Part shown: positions 39,209 through 49,206 of the stretch, one piece after another | How the letters are laid out: every line of letters begins with the position of its first letter | Numbering within the stretch: position 1 is the first letter of the stretch | Source: Christensenellaceae bacterium | GTDB taxonomy: Bacteria > Bacillota > Clostridia > Christensenellales > CAG-138 | NCBI GenBank assembly: GCA_031261085.1 | Contig: JAISKB010000022.1 | Coordinates: forward strand, 18,310 to 82,309 | Reading direction: 5' to 3' | DNA length: 64,000 nt | The notes under the pieces: model-generated | What the model was told of the DNA's origin: nothing | The model's database searches: none | What the model saw: only the letters and a program-made list of their open reading frames with translations | Position numbers and translations under genes: made by a program

Positions 39209-40024
39209 TCACTCCTTGCAATCGAAGTAGCTGTTCATCCATTTTAGCGCCGCACGCATACCGTCGCGTTCGGCAACCTCATTGAACTTTTGACGTTCCT
39301 CCGGAACCATCAACATGCTCAGCGCGCACATATCCATGCCCCAATGGTCGATGGTATCATACCCTTGCAGCTCCATCGTTTTGTTGCACAGCTGCTTAAT
39401 CATGCGCATCGTTTCCTTCGGCAAGCGCGAAAGCTTTTTGGCCAGCAGCATATATTCCTTCTCAAAATCCGCCTGGGGCACAACCTTGTAGACCAGCCCC
39501 ATCTCCTGCGCCTTATAGGCGTCATAGCGTTCGCCCAGCATAAGGGAGGCTTTGGCCTGGCTCACCGTATTAAACGACCAGATCGTGCGCACCAAGGGCA
39601 TCATGCAGTGACGTATTTGGGGCGTGCCAAACCTGGCCGTATCCGCCGCAATCACAAAGTCGGAAATCAGCGCCAGCTCGAAGCCCGCGCCCAAGCAGTA
39701 GCCATCCACCGCGCTCACGGTAGGCTTGGGCAAGTGAAACAGCTTTTTATAGGACTGCAATTCCTCCTGCAGCCTATCCCACCGATGATAGATGGGTTCC
39801 TCGCCTTTTTTAAGGTCGGTTCCCACATCGAAGCCGGAGGAGAAGTTATCTCCTTGGCCGCGCAGCAGCAGCACGCGGATGTCGTCATCCTTTGCCACCA
39901 TGTCCGCCACGCGCTCCAGCTCCGCATAGGATTCCGCCGTAACGGCGTTGAGCTTTTGCGGCCTGTTTAGCGTAACGATGGCGATATGATCCTTTACTTC
40001 AAATAATATGTTATTAAATTCCAT
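39209..40024 (-). CDS. Crotonase-superfamily protein (atypical enoyl-CoA hydratase/isomerase)
   Basis: TLNRPQKLNA, FSSGFD, GAGFELALISD, FGTPQ. Confidence 0.88.
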   Translation of the reverse strand: MEFNNILFEVKDHIAIVTLNRPQKLNAVTAESYAELERVADMVAKDDDIRVLLLRGQGDNFSSGFDVGTDLKKGEEPIYHRWDRLQEELQSYKKLFHLPKPTVSAVDGYCLGAGFELALISDFVIAADTARFGTPQIRHCMMPLVRTIWSFNTVSQAKASLMLGERYDAYKAQEMGLVYKVVPQADFEKEYMLLAKKLSRLPKETMRMIKQLCNKTMELQGYDTIDHWGMDMCALSMLMVPEERQKFNEVAERDGMRAALKWMNSYFDCKE

Positions 40025-40051
40025 GGGGATGCCTCCAATCCAGTCGCACCA

Positions 40052-41218
40052 TCAAATGATGTTTCTATTGCGGTAATCGTCATACTCGGCGCGATCCATG
40101 CCCAGCAGCTCCAAGTATACTTCTTCATTATGCTCGCCGATTTCCGGCGGGCGCGTATACTGTTCTACCGGCCGCTCCGAAAGCTTGACCGGGCTCGCGA
40201 TATACGGCACGGGACCTACGCCGGGTATATCGATATCGATGATTTGGTTGTTTGCGCGCAATTGCGGGTTCGCCAATATCCGTTTCTGGTTCGCAACAAC
40301 AGCGACGGGCAGAGCGGCCTTTGCGAAGATTTCTTCCACCTCATCGCAGGTCTTATCCGACATCCATTTTTCAATTGCGGCCAGCAGCTTGCTCACATCC
40401 CGCACGCGGGCTTCCATTTGATCATACTCCGGGTTGTTGAGCGCATCGTCGTTTAAGAATTCCCGCAGCCGCTTAAACATGGGCGTGGTTGCGGCGTTGA
40501 TATAGATGTAACCGTCCTTTGCCTTAAGCACGCCGCGCGGTGCGGATTCCGGGGCCAATTCCAGCGGGCCGCCCATAGCGTAGCCGGCCAAAACGGGCGA
40601 TTGCAGCACCACCATGCTATTGAGCATGGCCATATCCAAAAACTGCCCTCTCCCGGTGCGTTCCCGGTCGTAGAGCGCAAGCAGGATGCCAATCGTAACA
40701 TGGGTGGCCGTCATCGTATCGGAAATTGCGCCATGGCCGGTCCCGGGGCGTCCACCCGGCTCCGCCGGCGCCGTCATGCCGCTCATGGCCGAAACAACGC
40801 CGTCAAAGCTCACGCGGTCGCTATACGGGCCCGTTTGCCCAAACCCGGTAACCGAGGCCATGATGGCGCGTGGATTGATCTTTTTCACCTCGTCGTATGT
40901 AAGGCCCATCTTGGCCATAACGCCCACGCGGAAGTTTTCAACGATAACGTCGCATTTTTCTACCAGCTTGCGGAGCAAAGCCTTGCCCTCATCGCTGCGA
41001 AAATCGACAGTAATACTCTTTTTATTGCGGTTGTACGCGGGGAAATACAAGCTGACGCCATCTTTCCAGGGCCCGAATAGACGGGTATCCTCGCCGGTGC
41101 CGGCCCGCTCCGCTTTGATGACCTCGGCGCCCATATCCGCCAAAATCATGGTGCAATAAGGCCCGGCAATATATCTTGAAAAGTCCAATACCCGAATGCC
41201 CTCTAATATTCCGCCCAT
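40052..41218 (-). CDS. Class III CoA-transferase (CaiB/BaiF family)
   Basis: GIRVLDFS, LADMGAEVIK, NRNKKS, ENFR, catalytic Asp in AISDT, PEIGEH. Confidence 0.92.
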   Translation of the reverse strand: MGGILEGIRVLDFSRYIAGPYCTMILADMGAEVIKAERAGTGEDTRLFGPWKDGVSLYFPAYNRNKKSITVDFRSDEGKALLRKLVEKCDVIVENFRVGVMAKMGLTYDEVKKINPRAIMASVTGFGQTGPYSDRVSFDGVVSAMSGMTAPAEPGGRPGTGHGAISDTMTATHVTIGILLALYDRERTGRGQFLDMAMLNSMVVLQSPVLAGYAMGGPLELAPESAPRGVLKAKDGYIYINAATTPMFKRLREFLNDDALNNPEYDQMEARVRDVSKLLAAIEKWMSDKTCDEVEEIFAKAALPVAVVANQKRILANPQLRANNQIIDIDIPGVGPVPYIASPVKLSERPVEQYTRPPEIGEHNEEVYLELLGMDRAEYDDYRNRNII

Positions 41219-41267
41219 TTTAATCACTCCTGACTACCTTAAATTCAAAATAAAATGTGTTTTATAC

Positions 41268-42083
41268 TCAACTTTTGCCAAACTTTTCATCCCGCCAGGC
41301 AAAAGCAGCTTTTAAGCCCTTTTCCGCGACCACATCGTTAAACGCCTGCGCCTCCGCGGATTTGCATACCAGTGAATAATGCGCCGCATCCAAGCTCATC
41401 TTGACGGCTTCCGGAACGCCCATCAAATCGTATGCCCTGTTTAAAGCGCGCTTGTTCAATTGCAGCGTGCCATAAGGCAGTTTGCACATGCGGCCGCACA
41501 GGTTGGCCACCACGGTATCGATTTCTTCCTCCGACACGACATAGTTGACCAAATTTGCACGCAACGCCGTTTGCGCATCGATTTTTTCGCCGGTTAACAT
41601 AAGCTGCTTGCAGATGCGCAGGTCTATCACATAAGGCAGCATCAAATATTGGCTGGTTCCGCCAAATAGTATTTCCGGCTCCCCAAACATAGAATTTTCT
41701 GTACAGACAACCAAATCACAAGCCGTCATCATATCAAACGCGCCCGCAAGGCAATGCCCCTGCACCTGCGCGATAACAGGCTTCCCCATCTCCCATATGG
41801 TTTGGAACGCATTGTTGTTGGATTGCAGATGCGCCCTCCATTCTATGCCGTTTTGCGGTTTATGCCCCCTATCCGGCGAAAGGTCAAACCCGGAGGAAAA
41901 CGCCTTGCCGCCGGCGCCCTTTATCACCACCACACGAACTTCATCATCCGCCTCGGTGCCAAGCAGCATGCGCCGCATTTCTATCAGCATGTCCTGCGTG
42001 AGCGCGTTATGCTTCTGCGGCCGGTTGAGGGTAATCGTGCCGACAAAATTTTCTTTCGAATAGAGAATATCTTTATGCTCCAC
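41268..42083 (-). CDS. Crotonase-superfamily protein (paralog of 39209-40024)
   Basis: TLNRPQKHNA, FSSGFD, AGAFDM, FGEPE. Confidence 0.88.
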   Translation of the reverse strand: MEHKDILYSKENFVGTITLNRPQKHNALTQDMLIEMRRMLLGTEADDEVRVVVIKGAGGKAFSSGFDLSPDRGHKPQNGIEWRAHLQSNNNAFQTIWEMGKPVIAQVQGHCLAGAFDMMTACDLVVCTENSMFGEPEILFGGTSQYLMLPYVIDLRICKQLMLTGEKIDAQTALRANLVNYVVSEEEIDTVVANLCGRMCKLPYGTLQLNKRALNRAYDLMGVPEAVKMSLDAAHYSLVCKSAEAQAFNDVVAEKGLKAAFAWRDEKFGKS

Positions 42084-42342
42084 GTTTTTGTTACCCCAAA
42101 TTCTTTAAAAATTGCTAAACGATCCCAATCGGCAAAAGAATCCCTGTTTGCCAATGTAGTTGACCTTATTAATTAAATTAAGTGCGAATCAAGCGCCTAT
42201 TCATTCAGACCGCGGCAAAACAGCCTTGCTTTGAGAAACCGCGCCAACAGCTTGCGCTTTTGTTACATGTGGCGGCCCATCGGCCTTTGCTGGGCCGCCA
42301 CCGTTATATTGGGATTTGCGTTTTATGCAATGCCTTACCTTA

Positions 42343-43356
42343 CTAGTCTAAAACAAACTCCACTACGATTTCGCCCGCAAGTATCTTATCGAGCAAAACC
42401 TGAACCTTATCGCGTACATCCTGCGGCACTACATCGTTACAGTAAACGAAGTCGTTCACGCCTTCCGCATACCCATACATCTTCTGTACGCTCATCTCCA
42501 GCTTGCCTTCCTTGGCCTTTTCGATTACCTGCACCATCATCTTATCCGCATAGGTAAGCGCGGCGGCAATCTCTTTGCCGTTGGAAATCTCATCGAAGTG
42601 GGTTTCGAATGCAATCGCGTACTTTGCGCCTTCCGCTTCGGCCGCAGCCTGCACCACGCCCGCGCTGGCGCCGCTGGCGGAGAAGCCGATTACATCAAAG
42701 CCCTGCGCATACAGGTTTGCCGCCAGCTCACGCGTGATGGTGGTATCGGCAAAGGTATCCGCGATTACATATTTATCCTCGATATCCGGGTTTACATACT
42801 TTACGCCCTGCTGCCAACCGGCGGCCTGCTTTTGAATGGATTCAATCTCTTTGCCGCCGATAAAGCAAACCTTATTGGTCTGCGTCATATAGGCCGCGCA
42901 AGCGCCGGAAAGGAAGCCGTTTACCAAGCGGTCCCCGCCCTGGCCCTCTGTGATGTTTGGATACTCGGCTACGTTGTTGATCATGCCATCGTAGCTAAAG
43001 AACTGGATGTCCGGGTAATCCTTGGCAACGGCGATAGTCGCCTCCACATGGCCGCTGAACTGCGTCATAATCAAGTCGTAAATGCCCTGCTCCGCGAGCG
43101 CGCGGATCTTGGGTTCGTATTGGCTGGTTTCGGATACCTCTACCATCTTGATATTGACATCGTCATGCTCTTCGTTATACTTCGTTAGCGTCTCAACCAT
43201 GTTGGAGAGCCAAACGGCCTGATCGAAGGGGTATATGGCACAAAATGCCACGTTGAATACGTCCTTTTGTTCCGTTTCTTTCGCTTTGGAACCGCAACCG
43301 GCAGCCAACATGCCCAACATAAGAATGCACAGGGTGACGCTCAGAATCTTTTTCAT
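42343..43356 (-). CDS. BMP-family ABC substrate-binding lipoprotein
   Basis: Lipobox AAGC; BMP-fold motifs (VAKDYP, GVKYVNP). Confidence 0.85.
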   Translation of the reverse strand: MKKILSVTLCILMLGMLAAGCGSKAKETEQKDVFNVAFCAIYPFDQAVWLSNMVETLTKYNEEHDDVNIKMVEVSETSQYEPKIRALAEQGIYDLIMTQFSGHVEATIAVAKDYPDIQFFSYDGMINNVAEYPNITEGQGGDRLVNGFLSGACAAYMTQTNKVCFIGGKEIESIQKQAAGWQQGVKYVNPDIEDKYVIADTFADTTITRELAANLYAQGFDVIGFSASGASAGVVQAAAEAEGAKYAIAFETHFDEISNGKEIAAALTYADKMMVQVIEKAKEGKLEMSVQKMYGYAEGVNDFVYCNDVVPQDVRDKVQVLLDKILAGEIVVEFVLD

Positions 43357-43466
43357 AGTCTTTCTCCTTTATGTGTAGTGTGGTTTATTCAAATGCGGCG
43401 GCCCGCCGTCCCGAGTGAACCGCCGCATTGCATAATGCTATCGCTACAGGTTAAAATGGAAACAGA

Positions 43467-44552
43467 TTAATAATGGAAATCGCGCGTAATCGTAATCTTG
43501 CCATCCAGCACATCAGCCAGTATTTCGGCAAAGCGGTCCTGCACATCCTGAGGAACGGCATCGCCCGCGCAGAAGGGAACTTCATTCACGCCATCCGGGA
43601 AGCCGTAGATCTTCACGATGCTCATCTGCAGCGTGCCATCCATCAGCGCTTTGATTGCGTTCACGCCCATCACGCCGTTGTGCGCAACGCCGGAAGCCAG
43701 CTCGTGCCCATCGGCGATTTCATGGAAGTGCGATTCGAAGGGCAGTACCCAAGCATACAGGTCGCCCTTAAATTCCGCAGCCGCCTGCACCACGCCGGCA
43801 TTCGCGCCGCTGGCGGAAACGCCTATGATGTCATAGCCTTGCTGATAGAGCGAGGTGGCCATTTCACGGGTGATGGTGGTATCGTTGAACGTATCGGGAA
43901 TCACGAATTTCTCTTCCACATCGGGGTTAACATACTTGATGCCCTGCTGCCACCCGGCCGCGATCATCTGCACGTTTTCAATATCCTTGCCGCCCATGAA
44001 CACGACCTTGCCGGTCTTGGTCATCAAAGCCGCCAGGGCGCCGGTCAAAAAGCCGGTGGATAGACGGTCACCGCCGCGGCCTTCCGTCACGTTGGGGTAT
44101 TGCTCGATGTTGGGCACCATGCCATCCTGATTGAAGAACACGATGTTTGGGTAATCCTTCGCCACGGCCAGCGTCGCTTCTACATGGCCGCTGAACTGGG
44201 TCATAATCATGTCATAGATGCCCTGCTCGGCCAGCGCGCGGATTTTGGGCTCGTATTGGCTGGTTTCGGATACTTCCACGATCTTGATATTGACATTGTC
44301 ATTCTCGTCATCGAACTTGCGCATGTCTTCGATCATTTCCGTAAGCCAAACCGCCTGGTCAAATGGGTAGATTGTGCAAAGGGCTATATTCCAAACCTTT
44401 GCGGGTTCTTCCGCCGGCGCATCCGGTGCTGCCTGTGCGGCCGGGGCAGCCGGCGCGGGCGCAGGCGTTGCCGCCGGAGCCGCACAGGCCGCTAACAGAA
44501 AACAGCAGACCAGTACAAGGGCCATTGCAACCGTTCCAGTTCTTTTCATCAT
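43467..44552 (-). CDS. BMP-family ABC substrate-binding lipoprotein (paralog)
   Basis: Lipobox LAAC, Ala/Pro linker; long near-identical block shared with 42343-43356. Confidence 0.85.
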   Translation of the reverse strand: MMKRTGTVAMALVLVCCFLLAACAAPAATPAPAPAAPAAQAAPDAPAEEPAKVWNIALCTIYPFDQAVWLTEMIEDMRKFDDENDNVNIKIVEVSETSQYEPKIRALAEQGIYDMIMTQFSGHVEATLAVAKDYPNIVFFNQDGMVPNIEQYPNVTEGRGGDRLSTGFLTGALAALMTKTGKVVFMGGKDIENVQMIAAGWQQGIKYVNPDVEEKFVIPDTFNDTTITREMATSLYQQGYDIIGVSASGANAGVVQAAAEFKGDLYAWVLPFESHFHEIADGHELASGVAHNGVMGVNAIKALMDGTLQMSIVKIYGFPDGVNEVPFCAGDAVPQDVQDRFAEILADVLDGKITITRDFHY

Positions 44553-44647
44553 TGAATCCTCCATTTATTTTTTGGTATTTTTTCGTAGTGTTATCACACC
44601 ACCTTACATTTTTGTAAAGTGGACATCTAACTTTTATGGGACCGCGT

Positions 44648-45628
44648 TTACTCCTCGCTGTTCACACTATGGTGAAACGCCCTGCTGGCTAATATCTCCG
44701 GGTCATTTTGCCTAATGCGCAGCTGCAATTTGGAGAATGCCGTCCTTTCCGATAGCTTCCGTATCACCGGCGGCATCACCGCGAACAAAATTGCCAAGAT
44801 ATATGGAAGCATGGAAAGGAATTGAATCGGTATCCCCTCGCTGCTCAAATTCAGCACCAAAGCATCGCACAGGCCAAACAAAATGCAGCCGAGGAACGCC
44901 CGAATAGGCTCGCCCGCCGAAAGTACGATTGCCGCAAGCGCCGTAAAGCCGCGCCCATCCGTCATGCCCACGTTGAACAAGTTGGCGGTAAGCGAGAGCT
45001 GGGCGCCGCCCAATCCCGCTAAACAGCCGGTGGTCATAAGCGCGATATACCGCACCTTTCTGGTGCTGATGCCTACCGCAACCGCCGCCTCTTCATACGC
45101 GCCGGTAGCGCGCAGCGAAAGGCCGTAGTTGGTTTTGTAGTACACAAACTGTATTACGAACGGCAGCAACAGCGCCACATATACCAATGCGGAATGGTTG
45201 TTAAAAATATCGGCGACAATGGGGATGCTCTTTATGATGGGCACCTGAAAGCGGGGAAGCGCCAGAGCACTGTCTAAATAGATGCGCCCGCTGGAACCAA
45301 ATACGGGTATCATCAAAAAGCGCGTCATGCCGGCTACGATGGTATTGATGGCAAATGCGCAAATAACCGGGTTTACGCTGAGTTCTATCACGAAAAAGGC
45401 AAATATCAACGCGAGCAGCATCACCAATATCGCCGCAAAGGCCATGCCCAAATAGGGGGAACCAAAAAGGTAGGTGCCCGTTACCGCCAAAAAGCAGCCG
45501 GCCAGCATATATCCTTCTAACCCAAGCGGGAATACCTTGATGCGGAAAGAGAAGATACCGCCCAAAGCAACCAGTAACGTTGGCACCAGCAGGCGCACAG
45601 TCAGACCCAGCAGCTGCGTAATATTCAT
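44648..45628 (-). CDS. ABC transporter permease
   Basis: GLEG, GRGFTALAA, LPY. Confidence 0.88.
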   Translation of the reverse strand: MNITQLLGLTVRLLVPTLLVALGGIFSFRIKVFPLGLEGYMLAGCFLAVTGTYLFGSPYLGMAFAAILVMLLALIFAFFVIELSVNPVICAFAINTIVAGMTRFLMIPVFGSSGRIYLDSALALPRFQVPIIKSIPIVADIFNNHSALVYVALLLPFVIQFVYYKTNYGLSLRATGAYEEAAVAVGISTRKVRYIALMTTGCLAGLGGAQLSLTANLFNVGMTDGRGFTALAAIVLSAGEPIRAFLGCILFGLCDALVLNLSSEGIPIQFLSMLPYILAILFAVMPPVIRKLSERTAFSKLQLRIRQNDPEILASRAFHHSVNSEE

Positions 45629-46722
45629 TGTGCCGCCCTCTCTTCTTTATGATATTTTCTCCTTTTGCGGCTGTCCGTAATTCTGCCAATCATCACGGCC
45701 AGGTTGACGGAGGAGAAGAACATGATGAAGCCTTCCACCACGGATACGATTTCGGGCGATACATCCGTGGTTGTGGAGAGCATGACCGAACCGCCCTGCA
45801 GCGCGCCCAGCAGCAGCGATGCAAACAGCATGCCCAGCGGGTTGTGCATGCCCAGCAGAGCAACCGTAACCCCTTTAAACCCAAGCGCCGACGCGAAGTT
45901 GTTATATACCACATGGTATACGCCCAACACCTCGCTGATGCTTGCAAGGCCGGCCAAGCCGCCGCCCAATACCGCCGAAAAGAGTATGGTTTGTGTAACG
46001 GGCAACCCGCTCGCTTTTGCGTAGGCCGTGTTTTGGCCCACCATGCGCAGCCGGTAACCGGGGATGCTCTTTTTAATCAACAATATAAACAAAATCAGGA
46101 TGGCGATTACGCCAATATACAACGCCACAGTAGATATCGTGGGCGCAACGGCTATGGACTTGGGATAGCTTGCGGAATCCGGATTGCGAAGCGGGCTGTG
46201 CAGGAAAAGATATTCCACCAACAGCAGGGAGATATAATTCAGCATAACGAATACCATCGCTTCGTTTACGCCGAAGTAGTGCTTGGTAATAGCCGGTATC
46301 AGCGCGCACACCACAGCCGCCACGATGCCGCATATAACCATCAGTATCATCATGAGCGGCTGCGGCAGGTGCGGCAGGTAGCACTGCACGCATACGAGCA
46401 GCAGCGCGGCCGCATACATTTGTCCCTCTTGGCCAATCGCGAAAAAGCCGCCCCTGGAACATACGGAGAAGGACAGACCCAGCAAGAATATCGGGATGGT
46501 GTAACGAATGGTCTGCTTGATGCTGGATACGCTCCCCAAAGCCCCTTTGAACAGCGCCGTATACGCCTCCAGGGCATTGGCACCGGTGGCGGTAACCACC
46601 AGCCCCGCGGCAACCAGGGAGAGAAGCAACGCCACGAACGGCGATATGCGGTGGGCAATCTTATCCTTTCGAATCAGCTCTTTCCATAACCCACGCAGAG
46701 TATCAGTGAGCTTCTGCTTCAT
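45625..46722 (-). CDS. ABC transporter permease
   Basis: IGQEGQ, MLNY, GFKGVTVALLG. Confidence 0.88.
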   Translation of the reverse strand: MKQKLTDTLRGLWKELIRKDKIAHRISPFVALLLSLVAAGLVVTATGANALEAYTALFKGALGSVSSIKQTIRYTIPIFLLGLSFSVCSRGGFFAIGQEGQMYAAALLLVCVQCYLPHLPQPLMMILMVICGIVAAVVCALIPAITKHYFGVNEAMVFVMLNYISLLLVEYLFLHSPLRNPDSASYPKSIAVAPTISTVALYIGVIAILILFILLIKKSIPGYRLRMVGQNTAYAKASGLPVTQTILFSAVLGGGLAGLASISEVLGVYHVVYNNFASALGFKGVTVALLGMHNPLGMLFASLLLGALQGGSVMLSTTTDVSPEIVSVVEGFIMFFSSVNLAVMIGRITDSRKRRKYHKEERAAQ

Positions 46723-48283
46723 GCTTACCCCCATTCTCTTTCGCAATGGCGTCCTTTACGATACCGCCCATCAATAAGCCAATCTCCTGAATGCTCTCTT
46801 CGGATACATTGCGCACTTCGCCGGAAAATTCGCCTTCGTACATAACCAATATCCTGTCGCTCAAAGCAAGCAGCTCTTCCAAATCCGCCGTAATCAGCAA
46901 CACCGCGGCGTCTTTCTCCTTTTGCGCAATTAGCTGCTCGCGCACAAAGTTGATGGCGCCAATATCCAAACCACGGGTAGGATGCGCCGCGATGAGCAGC
47001 TTCGGGTTTCGGCTGATTTCCCGGGCCAATATTACCTTTTGCATGTTGCCGCCCGAAAGCGACTTAACCGGGAGGTTTAGCCTGCCCCCGCGGATATCGA
47101 ATTGGTCGATAAGCGCAAGCGTCTTATCGTTGATGGCGCCGTTGCGCAGCAATCCGGCCCTTGAAAATTCCGCACTGCTTTCCTTGCCGCCAACTATGTT
47201 TTCCTGAATGCTCGCTTCGGCGCTCACCCCGGTAATCATGCGGTCTTCCGATATGTAGCCCAGCCCGGCTTCCCGCCTTTCGTGCACGCCGGTATGGGAT
47301 ATATCCTTCCCATCCAGCGAAATCTCTCCTTCCAGCTGCTTGGTAGCGCCCCAAATCAGCTCGATCAGCTCCTGCTGCCCATTGCCTTCCACGCCGCCAA
47401 TGCCCAATATTTCGCCCTTTGCCACCGAAAAATTCAGGCCCTTGATCTTTAGCGATTGCGTATGCGGGTCGCTTGCCCAAAGGTTTTTAACCTCCAATAT
47501 GTTCTCTGCGCCAACGGGTTTTTTCTCGCTCACCACCATCTCGAATTCATCCTGACCTACCATGGAGGTCGCGAGCCGTACCCGCGTCATTTCCCCGCTC
47601 TCACGGGTCATATAATCCACAACCTTGCCACGGCGCATCACCGTAGCCATATCCGCTATTTCCGTTACTTCATTGAGTTTATGGGAGATATAGGCGATTG
47701 CCTTCCCTTCTGATTTAAGCTGATTGATGATTTTAAACAGTTCTCCGCTTTCCTGCGGGGTGAGCACCGCCGTGGGTTCATCGAATATCAGTATGCGCGC
47801 CCCTATGTATAGCGCCTTTATGATTTCCACCTTTTGCCGCTCGCCTACCGACAACCGCTGCACCAGCATATCCGGGTTCAGCTTCATGCCCATATCCTGC
47901 AACAGTTTTTGGATGCGCGTACGCGCGCTTTTATAGTCGATAATGCCCCTGGCTTTTGTCTGCGGCGCGTGCCCCAATATGATGTTCTCCAGCACGGACA
48001 TCTGCGGGATTTGCATAAAGTTTTGATGCACCATGGCGATGCCCAGCTTTTGCGCGCCCGCAACGGTATACGACTGCCGTTTGCCCGCGATGAGGATTTC
48101 CCCTTCATCCTGGCGGTACATGCCAAACATGATGCGCATCAAGGTCGTTTTTCCCGCACCATTTTCGCCAACCAACGCATGAACCTTCCCGCCATCCAAA
48201 AAGAAGTCTACCTTATCATTGGCCAGAATATTGGGGAATTCTTTTACGATCCCCCGCATTTCCACTAAAGATTCCACGGGCAA
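46703..48283 (-). CDS. ABC transporter ATP-binding protein (two-domain)
   Basis: GENGAGKTT, LSVGERQ, DEPT, LSGGNMQK. Confidence 0.92.
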   Translation of the reverse strand: MPVESLVEMRGIVKEFPNILANDKVDFFLDGGKVHALVGENGAGKTTLMRIMFGMYRQDEGEILIAGKRQSYTVAGAQKLGIAMVHQNFMQIPQMSVLENIILGHAPQTKARGIIDYKSARTRIQKLLQDMGMKLNPDMLVQRLSVGERQKVEIIKALYIGARILIFDEPTAVLTPQESGELFKIINQLKSEGKAIAYISHKLNEVTEIADMATVMRRGKVVDYMTRESGEMTRVRLATSMVGQDEFEMVVSEKKPVGAENILEVKNLWASDPHTQSLKIKGLNFSVAKGEILGIGGVEGNGQQELIELIWGATKQLEGEISLDGKDISHTGVHERREAGLGYISEDRMITGVSAEASIQENIVGGKESSAEFSRAGLLRNGAINDKTLALIDQFDIRGGRLNLPVKSLSGGNMQKVILAREISRNPKLLIAAHPTRGLDIGAINFVREQLIAQKEKDAAVLLITADLEELLALSDRILVMYEGEFSGEVRNVSEESIQEIGLLMGGIVKDAIAKENGGKHEAEAH

Positions 48284-48292
48284 TTCTCTCCC

Positions 48293-48871
48293 TTACTTCC
48301 AGATTATTTCCACTTCTTGTCCACTCTCTATATTGGCGGCGTTTACTTCATCCGTATCCAGATGCAATTCATTTTTAAAGTCCGCCGATGCCCGCACCAA
48401 TACCTGCTCAAATATGGTTGCGCGATCCCCGGGGATATATGCACTTACCCACTGCCCATCCTTTAACCCATGTTCCAGAGCTTCCTCGTTGGAGAGGTGC
48501 AAATGCCTTGCGGCAACCATGGCGCCCTCACTCAATTCCACCTGGCCGGCCGGGCCGATGACCAACAGGCCGGGGGTGCCGGCAAGGTCGCCGGATTGAC
48601 GGATGCATCCCTTTATGCCCAGTTTGTAGCAATCGGTTCTGCTCAGCTCGACCTGGGTCTGCTTGCGCTCCGGGCCCAACACGCGCACGCCGGTCATGTG
48701 CCCCTTGGGGCCGTGCAGGGTCACGCATTCCTGCATGGCATACTGCCCTTTTTGATAGAGCTCATGCTTGGGCGTCAGCGAATATCCAACCCCAAAAAGG
48801 GCGGCTACATGTTCTTTCGATAGATGAATATGTCTGTTGGATATACCAACCGGTGCGTATAGCTTGTTCAT
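48293..48871 (-). CDS. pduL: PduL-type phosphate acyltransferase
   Basis: ISNRHIHL, VRVLGPERKQTQVE, ARHLH, HLDTDE. Confidence 0.92.
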   Translation of the reverse strand: MNKLYAPVGISNRHIHLSKEHVAALFGVGYSLTPKHELYQKGQYAMQECVTLHGPKGHMTGVRVLGPERKQTQVELSRTDCYKLGIKGCIRQSGDLAGTPGLLVIGPAGQVELSEGAMVAARHLHLSNEEALEHGLKDGQWVSAYIPGDRATIFEQVLVRASADFKNELHLDTDEVNAANIESGQEVEIIWK

Positions 48872-49129
48872 TTCCCTGTCCTTTGCCCGCCAAATTAATT
48901 ATTAATTTATTAATTGCCCAATAAACCACTATAGAATATATTACCTTGGGCCAATATCCATCCTGTTGTAAAACGTTAGTTATTTGCTGGTAAAGTATCC
49001 GTTGATGAAAGAATATTTTTATTTAATTATAGTTCGGGCCGCCATACAATTGCATCAGGTGTTTGTATAACACAAAAAATGATTTATTGTCATTATGCAT
49101 AATTCCAAATATTTCCTTTCATTTCGGTA

Positions 49130-49167
49130 AACTAAAAACGCGCCCTAAAAAGGGCGTGTTTTTAGTT
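49130..49167 (-). terminator. Intrinsic terminator after the CdaR-like regulator
   Basis: AACTAAAAACGCGCCCT-AAAA-AGGGCGTGTTTTTAGTT. Confidence 0.75.
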
Positions 49168-49206
49168 GTTTGCTACAAATTGCCGCAATCCGCATGATGC
49201 GTTTTG

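Noticed and set aside
48893-48915. ATTAATT triple repeat upstream of pduL (similar run at 42167-42181)
   Set aside because: Low-complexity AT-rich promoter DNA that cannot be distinguished from chance
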